DNA of 64,000 bases from Pyrodictiaceae archaeon (GCA_027036135.1 JALVSY010000030.1:224001-288000); one strand, 5' to 3'. Numbered from the stretch's first letter, positions 42,079 through 52,192 are shown. The notes: generated by a model not told the origin, from the letters alone. Made by a program: numbers and translations.

Positions 42079-42217
42079 AATAACCAGTCCCCGCAGAGGA
42101 GTTCCTCACCCTATGTTTTTGCCCCTGGGTAACGGATAAGCATCACGATAGTCGGTGGCCTAACGAGACCCTCCAAGCACTATCCAAGAGAGACACTGTG
42201 GAGGAGAAGAGGGATGC

Positions 42218-43066
42218 CTAGGCGGCTAGCTCTCCTCCTCGCTGCCTGGTCGCTGGGGCCTCGAGGCCGCCCACGACGCCTGCCTTCTCGGCCTCCTCAG
42301 CCTCTTCTTCCTCGACTATCTCCCTTATCTTGTGCCTAGCTACCGCGATGGCGTGCTCTAGGTCGCCGCGCGGGCCACGTATCCTCTCCGGTAGCTTCTC
42401 CAAGACCTCCTCTGGGCCATAGCAGACGAGGCGGTCTCCAGCACGTAGGCGGAAATCGGGCTTAGGAGCCCCAATGTAAACCTCTCCCTGGGGAGTCTGC
42501 CTGTAAACCCCCAGGACCATTACGCCCTCCTCTCTCAGCCTAGCCTCCTTGAGCGTCTTCCCGTCAAGCCAGCAACCAGGCCTTACACGTATTATCGAGA
42601 TACCGTAGCCCCTGCTGAGCCCCAGCACGTGCTCATAGTCTATTATCTTGACCCGTGTCCAGCGAGTACTAGCCCACTCAATAAACTTTCCAAGCAACTT
42701 ATCCAGTAAGTGGGAGCGAGAGAAGAGGTAGAGGGCACCGAGCCCAATAAGCAGGCCTAGGCCATTAGTAGCCATCTCTCCCGGTGTATTGCCGACGAAG
42801 GTGAGCACAAGCGAGGCTATGGCAGAGGTGAGCCCCGCGCTCCCCAGGAGCATAAGCCACTTAATGATTCTCCTTCGAATCGGGTGATTCACAACGTACT
42901 CCGCCTCAGAAGTAGTAAACCCCACGCCGGTAAACGCTGAAAGCGCCTGGAACCCGGCAACATCGTGGCTAAGCCCAGTCTTCTCCAACGCCTTAGTACC
43001 TATACGCACCACTATCATAGAGAACAGCACTACCAGCAGGAACGTTACCAGTGGCGCCGGGAACAT
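42218..43066 (-). CDS. membrane protein with TrkA-C (RCK-C) domain
   Basis: A.FQALSAFTG.GFTTSEAE pore-like motif plus TrkA-C domain. Confidence 0.85.
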   Translation of the reverse strand: MFPAPLVTFLLVVLFSMIVVRIGTKALEKTGLSHDVAGFQALSAFTGVGFTTSEAEYVVNHPIRRRIIKWLMLLGSAGLTSAIASLVLTFVGNTPGEMATNGLGLLIGLGALYLFSRSHLLDKLLGKFIEWASTRWTRVKIIDYEHVLGLSRGYGISIIRVRPGCWLDGKTLKEARLREEGVMVLGVYRQTPQGEVYIGAPKPDFRLRAGDRLVCYGPEEVLEKLPERIRGPRGDLEHAIAVARHKIREIVEEEEAEEAEKAGVVGGLEAPATRQRGGELAA

Positions 43067-43204
43067 AGCCCTGCATCAACCTAGCTACTCGGAATCACCG
43101 AGGCCCCCTTTATATATCCATGGCTTATAGAGCCCTGGTATGTACTAGTAGTACACAAGCCTAGAATACCCAGACAGAGCCAAGGAACAAACTGGTAAAC
43201 AGTT

Positions 43205-43777
43205 TTGAGAACAAGTACAGCAATAATAGCAATAACCATGCTAGCCTCGCTACTAAGCACAGCCGCCCTATGGAACTTGATGCTCCAGGTACAGGGAGTA
43301 GTGAAGACAGGCAGCTACGACCCAGAAATAACATCAACCAAGCTAATAATTAGCGACCACTGCCAATGCAACTGCACCCACGGCCACGGAGAAGGAACCA
43401 TAGAAACAGACCCAGATAACCACCTAAGAATATACATACACATAGACCACGCACACCACAACACCACGATATGGCTAGGCCTCATAATATCCAACCAAGG
43501 TACAATCCCGCTCAAAATAACCCGCGTAGAAACAAACGCCACAAATCAAGAAACCTACGTCTATGGACCCTACCAAGCACCAGGAACAAGCCAAGTATGG
43601 AGCCACGCCACAGCAGCAACACTACCATACCTAGGATACACAGGGCTACCCAGCCCAAGCCTCCAAGCACCACAAAAACTAATACTATGGATAAAACTAC
43701 AACCCATACACCACCACACACATTGCCACAAAGAAACATACGAAGTAACCATAGAAACAAAACCATTCAACGCCTAA
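43205..43777 (+). CDS. secreted TasA/archaeal bundling pilin-like protein
   Basis: Signal peptide, then ALW..L.V.G.VKTG..D donor-strand-like N-terminus and I.N.GTIP.KI motif. Confidence 0.65.
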   Translation: MRTSTAIIAITMLASLLSTAALWNLMLQVQGVVKTGSYDPEITSTKLIISDHCQCNCTHGHGEGTIETDPDNHLRIYIHIDHAHHNTTIWLGLIISNQGTIPLKITRVETNATNQETYVYGPYQAPGTSQVWSHATAATLPYLGYTGLPSPSLQAPQKLILWIKLQPIHHHTHCHKETYEVTIETKPFNA

Positions 43778-43958
43778 ACACAAACACTTGGGCCTAATAA
43801 CCCCATCACAGCACCAAACCACTCCAGCCAATAAAGGCGCTACACATACTCAAATAATCTGTATATCTATGTTGATTGATTTTGCTAGCTTACTGGGCCC
43901 AAAGGGATATGTATTCTAGGGCTGGGCTAGTTCATTACAGTTATGAGCGGGTTGTGCA

Positions 43959-44213
43959 ATGTCTACTGAGCTTAGGGAGATTATCAGGCGTGAGCGTGTG
44001 CCCTACTCCGACAAGGAGAAGCTGTTCATTGTTTTAGGGCTCTTACTTAGTGGTAGGATTTCGCTGGGTAAGGCGGCTGAGCTGCTGGGTCTTAGGGTTG
44101 ATGATTTCTGGCTGCTCATGCACAAGCTTGGTGTTAAGTATAGCATTCTTGACGAGGAGGAGGTTGAGGAAGAGCTAGATGCCTATAGGAGGATCTTTAA
44201 GAGCAGTGTTTAA
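43959..44213 (+). CDS. UPF0175 family antitoxin
   Basis: G.ISLGKAAELLG. Confidence 0.88.
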   Translation: MSTELREIIRRERVPYSDKEKLFIVLGLLLSGRISLGKAAELLGLRVDDFWLLMHKLGVKYSILDEEEVEEELDAYRRIFKSSV

Positions 44214-44655
44214 CACTTCTCCGATAATAGTATTGGCTAAGCTTGGCGTTCTGAGTAGTGCTCTTAAACTGTTTAGCGAGGTTGAGGTCCCCAGCGGTGT
44301 ACTTGAGGAGTTAGAGAGAAAGAGGGATGAAGTGTACCAGGAGCTTATAAGAGCCATTAATGAAGGTAGTGTACGTGTCGAGAATATTAGAAGGAGGCTT
44401 CCGAGGCTCAGCGTCGGCGAATCTTCTGCAATACTTCTAGCCTTAGCGAGGAACAAGATCGTAGTCCTAGACGATAAGAGAGCTCGAAGACTAGCTAGGG
44501 AGCTAGGCCTAGAAGTCATAGGGACACCCTCAATACTCAAGAAACTCCATGAGCAAGGCATCTTAGCTGAACCGCCTAGCACCATATACAGACGCCTAAT
44601 TGAAATAGGATTCTACATAGACAAGAAGCTTTTCAACAAAATCTTCCAGGAATAA
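44179..44655 (+). CDS. PIN-domain toxin (DUF3368)
   Basis: FNTSPII, GES.AI.LA, LDDKRARR.A..LG..VIGT. Confidence 0.9.
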   Translation: MPIGGSLRAVFNTSPIIVLAKLGVLSSALKLFSEVEVPSGVLEELERKRDEVYQELIRAINEGSVRVENIRRRLPRLSVGESSAILLALARNKIVVLDDKRARRLARELGLEVIGTPSILKKLHEQGILAEPPSTIYRRLIEIGFYIDKKLFNKIFQE

Positions 44656-44966
44656 ATAGAACAACTATAGCTCAAGGCTAAGGCCACAAAATTCTACAAT
44701 AACAGGACACAGGCCAACCGACCCCTACCTGCTGCCCACCCAAGACACCTACTCAAGAGCACGCTTTACATACCGCAAGGAGCTTCCCCGCACTATATCT
44801 CTGCAAAATCATGAAGTTTACAAGGGAATACTATTTCAAAATCGCTACCCATTATATATCATCTAGCATTCTAGATAGGATTTCCCCATGAACGTTTAGC
44901 TCAAAGATAATATATTAGACCAGATTGGCAGGGGAGGAAGTGCTAGAAACTAGTTGCCCTGAATAT

Positions 44967-45018
44967 TGGTGAGGCCGCGAGGATTTGAATCCCGGATCTC
45001 CGGCTCCGAAGGCTGGCG
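44967..45018 (-). repeat. degenerate tRNA 3'-half (att scar), Arg(TCG)-type anticodon arm
   Basis: Reverse complement ccagc-cttcgga-gccgg agatc cggga ttcaaat cctcg cggcctc acca; no 5' half. Confidence 0.75.
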
Positions 45019-45165
45019 ATATAAAAGTGATGTTTCCAATAGAAACCATGAAATGGAAACACACTTCAAGAATAGTTATCGGATAGGATACCTATCATGA
45101 TGATCTGGAAACTCTTCCGTAGATAGGAGTATAAAGCATATTGGGCTGGGGGCTCGTAGTAGTTC

Positions 45166-45393
45166 TTGGAGGTGTATGGAGAATTGTCCAAGGTGGTCAA
45201 AGCAGTATATAAGGATGGTGTGCTGAAGCTTCTAGAGCCTGTAGAGCTCAGGGAAGGCGAGGAGGTGTTTGTGAGGCTGGAGAGGTACGAGAACCGGGTC
45301 AGGAGACTCCGTAAGTATCGGGGCATGCTGGGTAAGGCGAGTAGGGAGGAGATAGAAGAACTCCTACTTGAGGCCGAGTTCGAGCGTCTCTAG
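45166..45393 (+). CDS. AF2212/DUF104-like antitoxin
   Basis: VKAVYKDGVLK.LEPVEL.EGEEV. Confidence 0.9.
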   Translation: MEVYGELSKVVKAVYKDGVLKLLEPVELREGEEVFVRLERYENRVRRLRKYRGMLGKASREEIEELLLEAEFERL

Positions 45394-45408
45394 AGGGGAT
45401 TAGCAGGG

Positions 45409-45865
45409 TTGAAAGTAGTAGACACTAACATCTTCGTACATCTTCGTAGAATACCTCTTCGACGGAGACCGTGCCGACGAAGCTGAGAGACTCTTAGCCT
45501 CGTACCCGGACCTGGCAGCGACTGTTGGGATAATCAATGAAGTGGAATTTGTGATTATAAGGCGCCTAGCAAAGAAAAGACTGGGCATTAGGAAGCTCAG
45601 CAGGCCCAGGGAGCATATAAGGAGGAATGAGCTAGGCTTCGCAATCAACATGCTCGAGCGATACACTGAAATGCTCTAAGAATTCGACATAGCAGTCCTA
45701 AGAGACCATGCAGAACCCAAGGAGCTACTGGAAACCATGAGAAAATACAGGCTAACCCCGAGCGACGCCATCATAGCCTTAACCTGTAAGCACTATAGTA
45801 TAAACGCTATCCTTACTTTCGACGAGGACTTCAAGAGAATACCTTGGCTGAAGGTTATACCCTAG
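45409..45865 (+). pseudogene. VapC PIN toxin, frameshifted
   Basis: VVDTNIF start and L.PSDAIIALTC..Y.I..ILTFDEDFKRIPWL end lie in different frames. Confidence 0.85.
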
Positions 45866-45992
45866 AAATCCCAGAATCATATGGTGATTATACTACATGG
45901 TTATCAAGGACTGAGTAGGCATCAGCTAGGGTTCGAGGTTTCCGCGTTTGATAACCCCTTATTGGAAATTAGTGATGGTTTCGTGGAGTTTG

Positions 45993-46047
45993 TGGCGGGC
46001 CCGCCGGGATTTGAACCCTCGACCACTGGCTCCGAAGACCAGCGTCC
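45993..46047 (-). repeat. tRNA-Arg(TCG)-like 3'-half (att scar)
   Basis: Reverse complement ggacg ctggt-cttcgga-gccag tggtc gaggg ttcaaat cccgg cgggccc gcca; 5' half absent. Confidence 0.8.
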
Positions 46048-46267
46048 ACGGAAAACTATTTACTGGGCAAATAGGTACTACAAAGACAGCTTGCATGAGT
46101 TACCCCTGAATCATGCATCGCTTAAATATCTAGAGCGTTTCATAAAGGAAAGAGGCATAGCGTCTATTGAATTGGTATCATAGTTAAGCATATGCCTTGT
46201 CTACTTCAATCAGCTATAATATAGCATGTAATAATGACGTGAATGACCCGAATAAGGATTCCCCGGA

Positions 46268-46339
46268 GCCCCCGAGGAGCAGACCGCTGGCGGACTATTC
46301 TTCCCCCCGGAGACGGAGCACTGCGTACTTCCCCGGGGC
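46268..46339 (-). ncRNA. putative structured RNA, three-way junction (copy 1)
   Basis: P1 CCCCGGGGA/UCCUCGGGG, P2 GCAG/CUGC, two hairpins linked by AAGAAUAG; same architecture as 56704-56790. Confidence 0.55.
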
Positions 46340-46516
46340 TTCACGGACTTTAAGCCCGCAGAAACAAGGAAGCGGAGCAAAACTCCACCCCACCACTTAA
46401 GCCAATACAACACCCCACTACTTAGCGGACATGTAATAAACGCAAGATAGCCTTTGAGAAAAAGCCTTAAACCGGGCCCTCTAATGCAATAAGACCAAAA
46501 TGGAGTCCTCTCCTCT

Positions 46517-46626
46517 GGGGCCGTCGTCTAGCTTGGCAGGATGCGGGGCTTGGGCCCCCGTACGGCCTTCCCGCCCTAGGGAGGCCGGGGCGAAGGTCCG
46601 GGGTTCAAATCCCCGCGGCCCCACCA
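46517..46626 (+). tRNA. tRNA-Pro(TGG) with ~33-nt non-canonical intron in the variable loop
   Basis: GGGGCCG...CGGGG-CTTGGGC-CCCCG, hairpin insert ~46562-46594, GGTC CGGGG TTCAAAT CCCCG CGGCCCC ACCA; 77 nt after removing the insert. Confidence 0.92.
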
Positions 46627-47282
46627 TATAGCACCCCTATAAATTTCTATCAATTCTAAGCACACTCCTTAGTTAACTAGTTGACGAACGTTTTGTTATA
46701 TTAACGTTCTATGGTGTTAGGAGTGTTAGTTGAAGTATTTAGAGTGCATTTTCTAGCCTATGTAGAGCTGTCCAAGATAGTTTTGTGAATATGTTTACGT
46801 AATATCTTCATTGTCAAGGATTTACTAGTATTACATGGAGCTTGTCTAGGTCTGCATGGGCATGCTGAGTGAAGGATATAAACTAATTTACGCTAGTTAC
46901 TAAATCTCTATGATTTTGAGGTTAACGGTAAATAAATAATTGAATGAGTGTGACTGACTATAACTGTGATATTTAAACAAGATGGCAGCGAAGGTGCAAA
47001 CTGTCATGAATATGGGAGAGTTCGGGCGTGGGGGAGTGTGGTTAATGGTGTGTTAATTGGTGATAATTGTATTTATTGTCTATGTTTATATGTACATACC
47101 TAGTTAGAAAAGGATCTTGGGGTTTCTTAGGAAAAATAGAGCCAGGAGGCGGAGAGTACTAGGTTAATGGGATTACGATATGGAAGCGTAAGTAAGTTTA
47201 TATTGAGTAGTTTGTGGGAACTATACAGTGGAGCTAAGCGTTACCTTTAAATAAGTCTTCTAAGGGTGCGACAGGGGCTTGA

Positions 47283-47483
47283 TTGGAAATGGCAAGGGTT
47301 GTGTCGTTTCCTGAAGAGCTGCGTGGCAAGTGGGTGGCCTATAAGCTCAACAGAGATATCCAAGTGATAGACTATGACGAGGACTTCGAGAAGCTCCTAG
47401 CTAGGCTACGTAGCAAGGGCTTGGACGTGAGATTTATCCAGGTAGACTATGTCCCTGACGAGGACGTAGTCTTTCTGGTCTAG
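47283..47483 (+). CDS. DUF5678-like small protein
   Basis: RGKWVA.....VI..DED...L...........YVP pattern. Confidence 0.7.
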   Translation: MEMARVVSFPEELRGKWVAYKLNRDIQVIDYDEDFEKLLARLRSKGLDVRFIQVDYVPDEDVVFLV

Positions 47484-47493
47484 GTGCCCGGTA

Positions 47494-47946
47494 TTGGAAT
47501 GCGTTAATGGGTTTTTCCAACGTCTCTCATCCGCTACTGAATACCCTCTCGTGAAAGCGCGTCTCTACATCGATGGCGAGCTAAAGGGCGAGCTTCTCCT
47601 CCTGGTAGATACTGGCGCGGGTGTAACTAGTATATCCTATAGGGATGCCCTGAGACTGGGACTCACCAACATAGTGAAGCGCGGGCCAAGAAGGAAAGTA
47701 GTGGGGGTATCTGGTACTGCGCAGGAACGCGTACTAGCAGGCACCATAGAGCTAGAACTATTTGATGAAAGCAACGTGCTAAGGCTAAGGCTCAGCTCAG
47801 TAACCGTGGCGGAAAAGCCGAGACAACACGGTAAAGACTTCAATCTGGCCCTCCAGAGACCGAGCATACTAGGCTGGGACGCCCTCAAAAACACAGTAAT
47901 AACGGTAGACTATGGCAAGAAGCTTGTACAAATTTGCTTACCATGA
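47494..47946 (+). CDS. retropepsin-like (clan AA) aspartic protease
   Basis: LVDTGA catalytic motif, V.GV.G flap, SILG.D.L. Confidence 0.88.
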   Translation: MECVNGFFQRLSSATEYPLVKARLYIDGELKGELLLLVDTGAGVTSISYRDALRLGLTNIVKRGPRRKVVGVSGTAQERVLAGTIELELFDESNVLRLRLSSVTVAEKPRQHGKDFNLALQRPSILGWDALKNTVITVDYGKKLVQICLP

Positions 47947-48185
47947 TTCGTTCAATGCTCCTTTAGTAACTAGGAGTGCCAGCACTATCTCGACGAATAT
48001 TTGAATGTATTTTGTATTAATAATGAATCTAGGAATCTAAAGAATAGAAAACATAGTCACAGACTAAGAAAGAGGCTGCAAACGTGATGAGGAAAGGAAG
48101 TGAACCTAAGGGTATAAACTTTTGACTCAATGACCAGCATAGGAGTTTTTCGAAAACATTGCTAAAACCGGGGAATAGTAGAGGG

Positions 48186-48611
48186 TTAGTCCTGGCTACT
48201 TATCTTTATCCAGATCAGCGTTACCTCGCTCGTTTTACTTGTTTTTGTTACGCAGTTGTTTTCTCGTAGCTTCTCCTCCGCCCTCATCACTGGCTCTGGT
48301 GGCTCGGGGATGTCCGGTGCCTCCGAGGCATACATAGCTAGTGCCTCTGCTAAGTCGTCGTCTCTGAAGCCTAGTGCATGAACTAGTTCGTGGAGGAGGG
48401 CATGGGCGGCGTAGCCCGTGTCGAACAGTATGTGCGGGGACACGGTAACGAAGCCACCGCTCCTATTCTCCACATAGATTGCGTCAACAGCCCCGCCTTC
48501 ATCCCCGACCAGAAGAGCGGGGAAAATAGCTAGGCGCCTATCCCTAGCAAGCTCCCTGGGAACCCCGAGCAATACCTCGCAAAACTCCCTCCTATCACTA
48601 GGGCAATCCAC
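48186..48611 (-). CDS. HEXXH zincin-like metalloprotease
   Basis: ALLHELVHALG....E; frame stays open upstream to ~48750. Confidence 0.7.
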   Translation of the reverse strand: MDCPSDRREFCEVLLGVPRELARDRRLAIFPALLVGDEGGAVDAIYVENRSGGFVTVSPHILFDTGYAAHALLHELVHALGFRDDDLAEALAMYASEAPDIPEPPEPVMRAEEKLRENNCVTKTSKTSEVTLIWIKISSQD

Positions 48612-48864
48612 GAGAACCTTAGCGGCCTTCTCAACAGCCTCAACAAGCCTCGATATAAACCACTCAACCCCGACACCAAGAACCGTAACAACACGGGGCT
48701 CAGAAGACAGTGCGTGAGCACCCCCTAAACTATTATCTGTTATCTTGGTCCACTAAGTGGTGTTGTCTAGCTCTAGTTCTGGGCCACATTAGGGGTATGA
48801 GTGGCTTAGCGTCAATGCTCTCGCTCTATCCTTCTCAGCGGCTCTTACGAGTTTTAAGGCTTCA

Positions 48865-50448
48865 TCAATATCTACTGTGAATATTTTTAACTCTTCCATG
48901 GTTCCTCTTATTAGTCCACTCTATTAGCCTTCTGAGCCATGTCCTCGGGAGAATTGCTGCTTGGGGAGGCGGTAATACTATCCAGAGCTCTGAGCCTCCT
49001 TTCTCCACGATAGGTGCTCGCTCCTCTATGAGGTTCCTAAGCCTTAGTAGTGGTAGCCCGCGCCCGTAGAGCGTCTCTACCTCAACTATTATGCTTGTGC
49101 CCCGGCTACTGGCACAGACGTCGGCAAGTACGCCCACCATGTCTCTGCACTCGTGCTCGGCTCCTACATTTTCGTAGCCTAGCACGTGTTTTAGGTATAG
49201 ATAGGCTACAGCCTTGAAGGCGTAGTGAACAATGCTCTCTCCCTCGGGGCTTACCGGGACCTCTAGTTGTACAACACTACTGCCAGCTATGCGTGCCAGC
49301 CTCATATAGTACATAGTGTCTGCGTGCCTAGCGTAGCCGTCGAGGCCTATAAGGGATATAGCGCTTTCATCCCCGTAGGGTGGTAGCGGCTTCTCGGCAT
49401 TAACTATGCGGCCCCAGATCATATTAATAATTGCTATGAGCTGGGAAGGCGGTTTCGCCTCAACGCCTCTAAGCCTTACTCTGAATGCTGGTGCAGGTAA
49501 TGGAGGAGATACATCCTCTAAGGTATTTGCAGCCACAATCTCTCTCAGCGCTATAGCTGCGTTATCTGTATAGATTACGATGAACCCGTAGCCCTGTGAG
49601 AACAGCTCAGCCAATTTCTCACGGACACGTCTCAGACCCTCCTCGTCCCTCCCCTTAAGGGCGACAAGTTCCTCGGAGCCAAGCTTGACGAGAGCTACGC
49701 TGCTAGTCGCATAAAGCTCAATAGTCCTCTCTATAGCCCCAGTTAAGCTAAGAGCTACAAAGGGCCTCGGAACACCATGAGCCATTCGGTGAATCTCCCG
49801 TAGCAATCGCGTCAAAAGCTCCGAGTACTCGAGGAGACCCTTCTCAGCGAGAATCAGCACTGGCCTATCATGGGCCACAAGCCCCACTAATAAACCCCGC
49901 ACACTCGTAGCCTCATCCCATGCAAGATCCTCGACAACTAGGAGTTCATCCGCGCTTCCCGCAACACTAGCTACCCAGTCCTCCTCAACACCCCTCTTCT
50001 CACCAGTCACGCGCTTTTCGGCCCTAGTCTCCGAGATCCTAGAGGAGGCGTTCTGTACAGCGGGCTCAGCATAAGCACTAGTCCAGGAAAGAGACATGTC
50101 AGGAAAACTTACAGCTCGAATCTCCCTCGCAGACCTAAAGAGTGTTGAAACACTGTAAACCCTTAAGGGCTCCTCACCGGGCCACTCTGGAAGAGAGACA
50201 TCAATCTCCCTATCTATAACGACCCCGTCAGCAGGCTGAAACACCACATTCCCGGCCAGAATTGCTCGCAGCCCAGCAGGGCCAACACCTAGCTCAATAC
50301 TAGTCACCGCATCACCAGCTATATCAACTTCACGAGGCTCCAGGAACACTATCTCCTCAAGCTCTCTAGCCCTAGGCTCAACTACGTCAGCCAAATCAAT
50401 ATCGCTGTCAACCATTGAGACACTGATCACAGAGGGCTCGAACACCAA
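48865..50448 (-). CDS. large protein with C-terminal PD-(D/E)XK (CoiA-like) nuclease; probably frameshifted at both ends
   Basis: ES..H...K, ADV....I.VEVETL motifs. Frame open upstream to ~50620; removing one A from the run near 48885 gives C-terminus KIFTVDIDE... Confidence 0.65.
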   Translation of the reverse strand: MVFEPSVISVSMVDSDIDLADVVEPRARELEEIVFLEPREVDIAGDAVTSIELGVGPAGLRAILAGNVVFQPADGVVIDREIDVSLPEWPGEEPLRVYSVSTLFRSAREIRAVSFPDMSLSWTSAYAEPAVQNASSRISETRAEKRVTGEKRGVEEDWVASVAGSADELLVVEDLAWDEATSVRGLLVGLVAHDRPVLILAEKGLLEYSELLTRLLREIHRMAHGVPRPFVALSLTGAIERTIELYATSSVALVKLGSEELVALKGRDEEGLRRVREKLAELFSQGYGFIVIYTDNAAIALREIVAANTLEDVSPPLPAPAFRVRLRGVEAKPPSQLIAIINMIWGRIVNAEKPLPPYGDESAISLIGLDGYARHADTMYYMRLARIAGSSVVQLEVPVSPEGESIVHYAFKAVAYLYLKHVLGYENVGAEHECRDMVGVLADVCASSRGTSIIVEVETLYGRGLPLLRLRNLIEERAPIVEKGGSELWIVLPPPQAAILPRTWLRRLIEWTNKRNHGRVKNIHSRY

Positions 50449-50637
50449 GGCTACATGTATCGGATACCTAATTTTCTCTTCCCTAAGCTTGGTAACCGTT
50501 TCAATACCATGTATAACTCTCTCTGAAGCAGCTTCTTCAACATTTATATTATGAATCGTATTTTCGCCTTGTCGGTACGCGTCCTTAACCGTAATCCCGT
50601 GCTCTTTAATACCTTTTTATTCAAACTGTTGTCTCCC

Positions 50638-51820
50638 TCAATACAAACGCCACAGTGTTTGAATATACAACTCATCTTGTCTATAGAGAGCAACGCCTAG
50701 AAAAGCTAGAGGTGCTATGGCTTCAACAAAAGATGTATATGAAACATTGTCAATGCTTCCGCCGGAAAGTTGAACGCGGTAGTATGCTATATTATACCAT
50801 AAAGGAATATATATCCCATATAATGATTGACAAACGCTTCCAACATAACCAATTTTAACTTCAATTCCTTTCTCCCTCACCGCTTCTAGTAATACTTTTA
50901 TTATCGATTTGTAGACCTCAAGATAACGGTTATACTCGTTTATAATGTTTACGAAGTATTTTGTTGAGAATGTTGTTTGTGGCTATTAGTCCGTGGAGGC
51001 TGTATGCTAGGCATATTAGCTTGTGGAGTAGCCAGCCACTACTCTGGGGTACGTGGCCTATTATTGCTCTCTTTAGCTTCTCTTCTTTGTTTAGTATGTC
51101 CGGGGCTAGTAGTACTTGGAGTCTTATTCCGTAGGTTTTGAAGGTCTCTTTAAGTTCTTCCTCTTTTGGTTCGACTTGGTCGTTTCTTTGCTCGAAGCTT
51201 ATGCCGTATATATGTTGTAGGTAGAAGGTCGGGGTTGACATGAAGCTTTGCAGTATAAAGGTCACTGGATTGTAGAGGGGTAGGAGCTTCTTTGAGGTGT
51301 CAAGTATGTCTTTTAGGGCTCGGAGGGCGGCGAGGGGGTCTTTGGCGTCATAGTTTATGGGCTCTACCTCTGCTTCGGCTCTGCTCTTCTCGTATAGTAT
51401 CTGGTAAAGTGTCTTGTTTATCTCCCTTATAGTATCCACGATCTTGTTGCTGTTTATCCCGATCTTGATGTCTTTGCCTGCGTCGGCTGGTTTATCGCCC
51501 TCCCTGAGCCTCGTAGCGAATTTCCTTAACTCGTCGCTATCTATGTCTATTCCCGGTGCTTTGCGGTAAAAGAGTCCTAGAGCTCTATCACTGTACTTGG
51601 CTTTCTCCGCGTTGAAGCCTCCTAGTATGGTTTTTAGCAGGTACTCTTTCTCCTCGTCTCTTATGATATCTTCCAGCGTTCTCCCTGAAAGCATGGCAGT
51701 AAGTTCTTGGTAGAGCTGTAAGAAGCCCAGGGTCCTCCAGTATAGCTTGGCTAAAAGCCGCCAATACTCGTCCCACTTGTCGTGGTTAAGAAGGATGCTC
51801 CGAAGCTCTGTGTATTTCAA
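50638..51820 (-). pseudogene. hypothetical helical protein, apparently split into 50930-51820 and 50638-50880
   Basis: Two consecutive same-strand ORFs with a short gap, running directly into the nuclease gene. Confidence 0.45.
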
Positions 51821-52192
51821 GTAGCTTCCCGCCCTAGAGTCTGTGCAATAAATATAGTATATGTTTTACCCTTTATAGATTCTGTGATAAGCGCGAACTA
51901 ACTAGGATGAGAAACACCTAATATGGTGGCTTCGCTTTACCCATACTACTCCATATTCATAATTAATTACCTGGCTATAGGCACCTATAACCAAGGCTAA
52001 GATGATTCCTATGTTTCCTTGTAAAAACTTTTTGGAAACACTTTAGTGGTTCTCAATCAATATATCATGGACAATTAGCTAGGTATTGTAATCTAGTGTT
52101 TAGTTAGAGAACGTGACTAGCAAGCAAGTGCTTGGTTAGGGTATAGATGTAGTTTCCTTCGTCTTCTCAAGCGGGTTTTAAATAAAATTCTT

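Noticed and set aside
46630-47280. AT-rich non-coding stretch as a replication origin or CRISPR leader
   Set aside because: No ORB boxes, adjacent cdc6 or repeats seen
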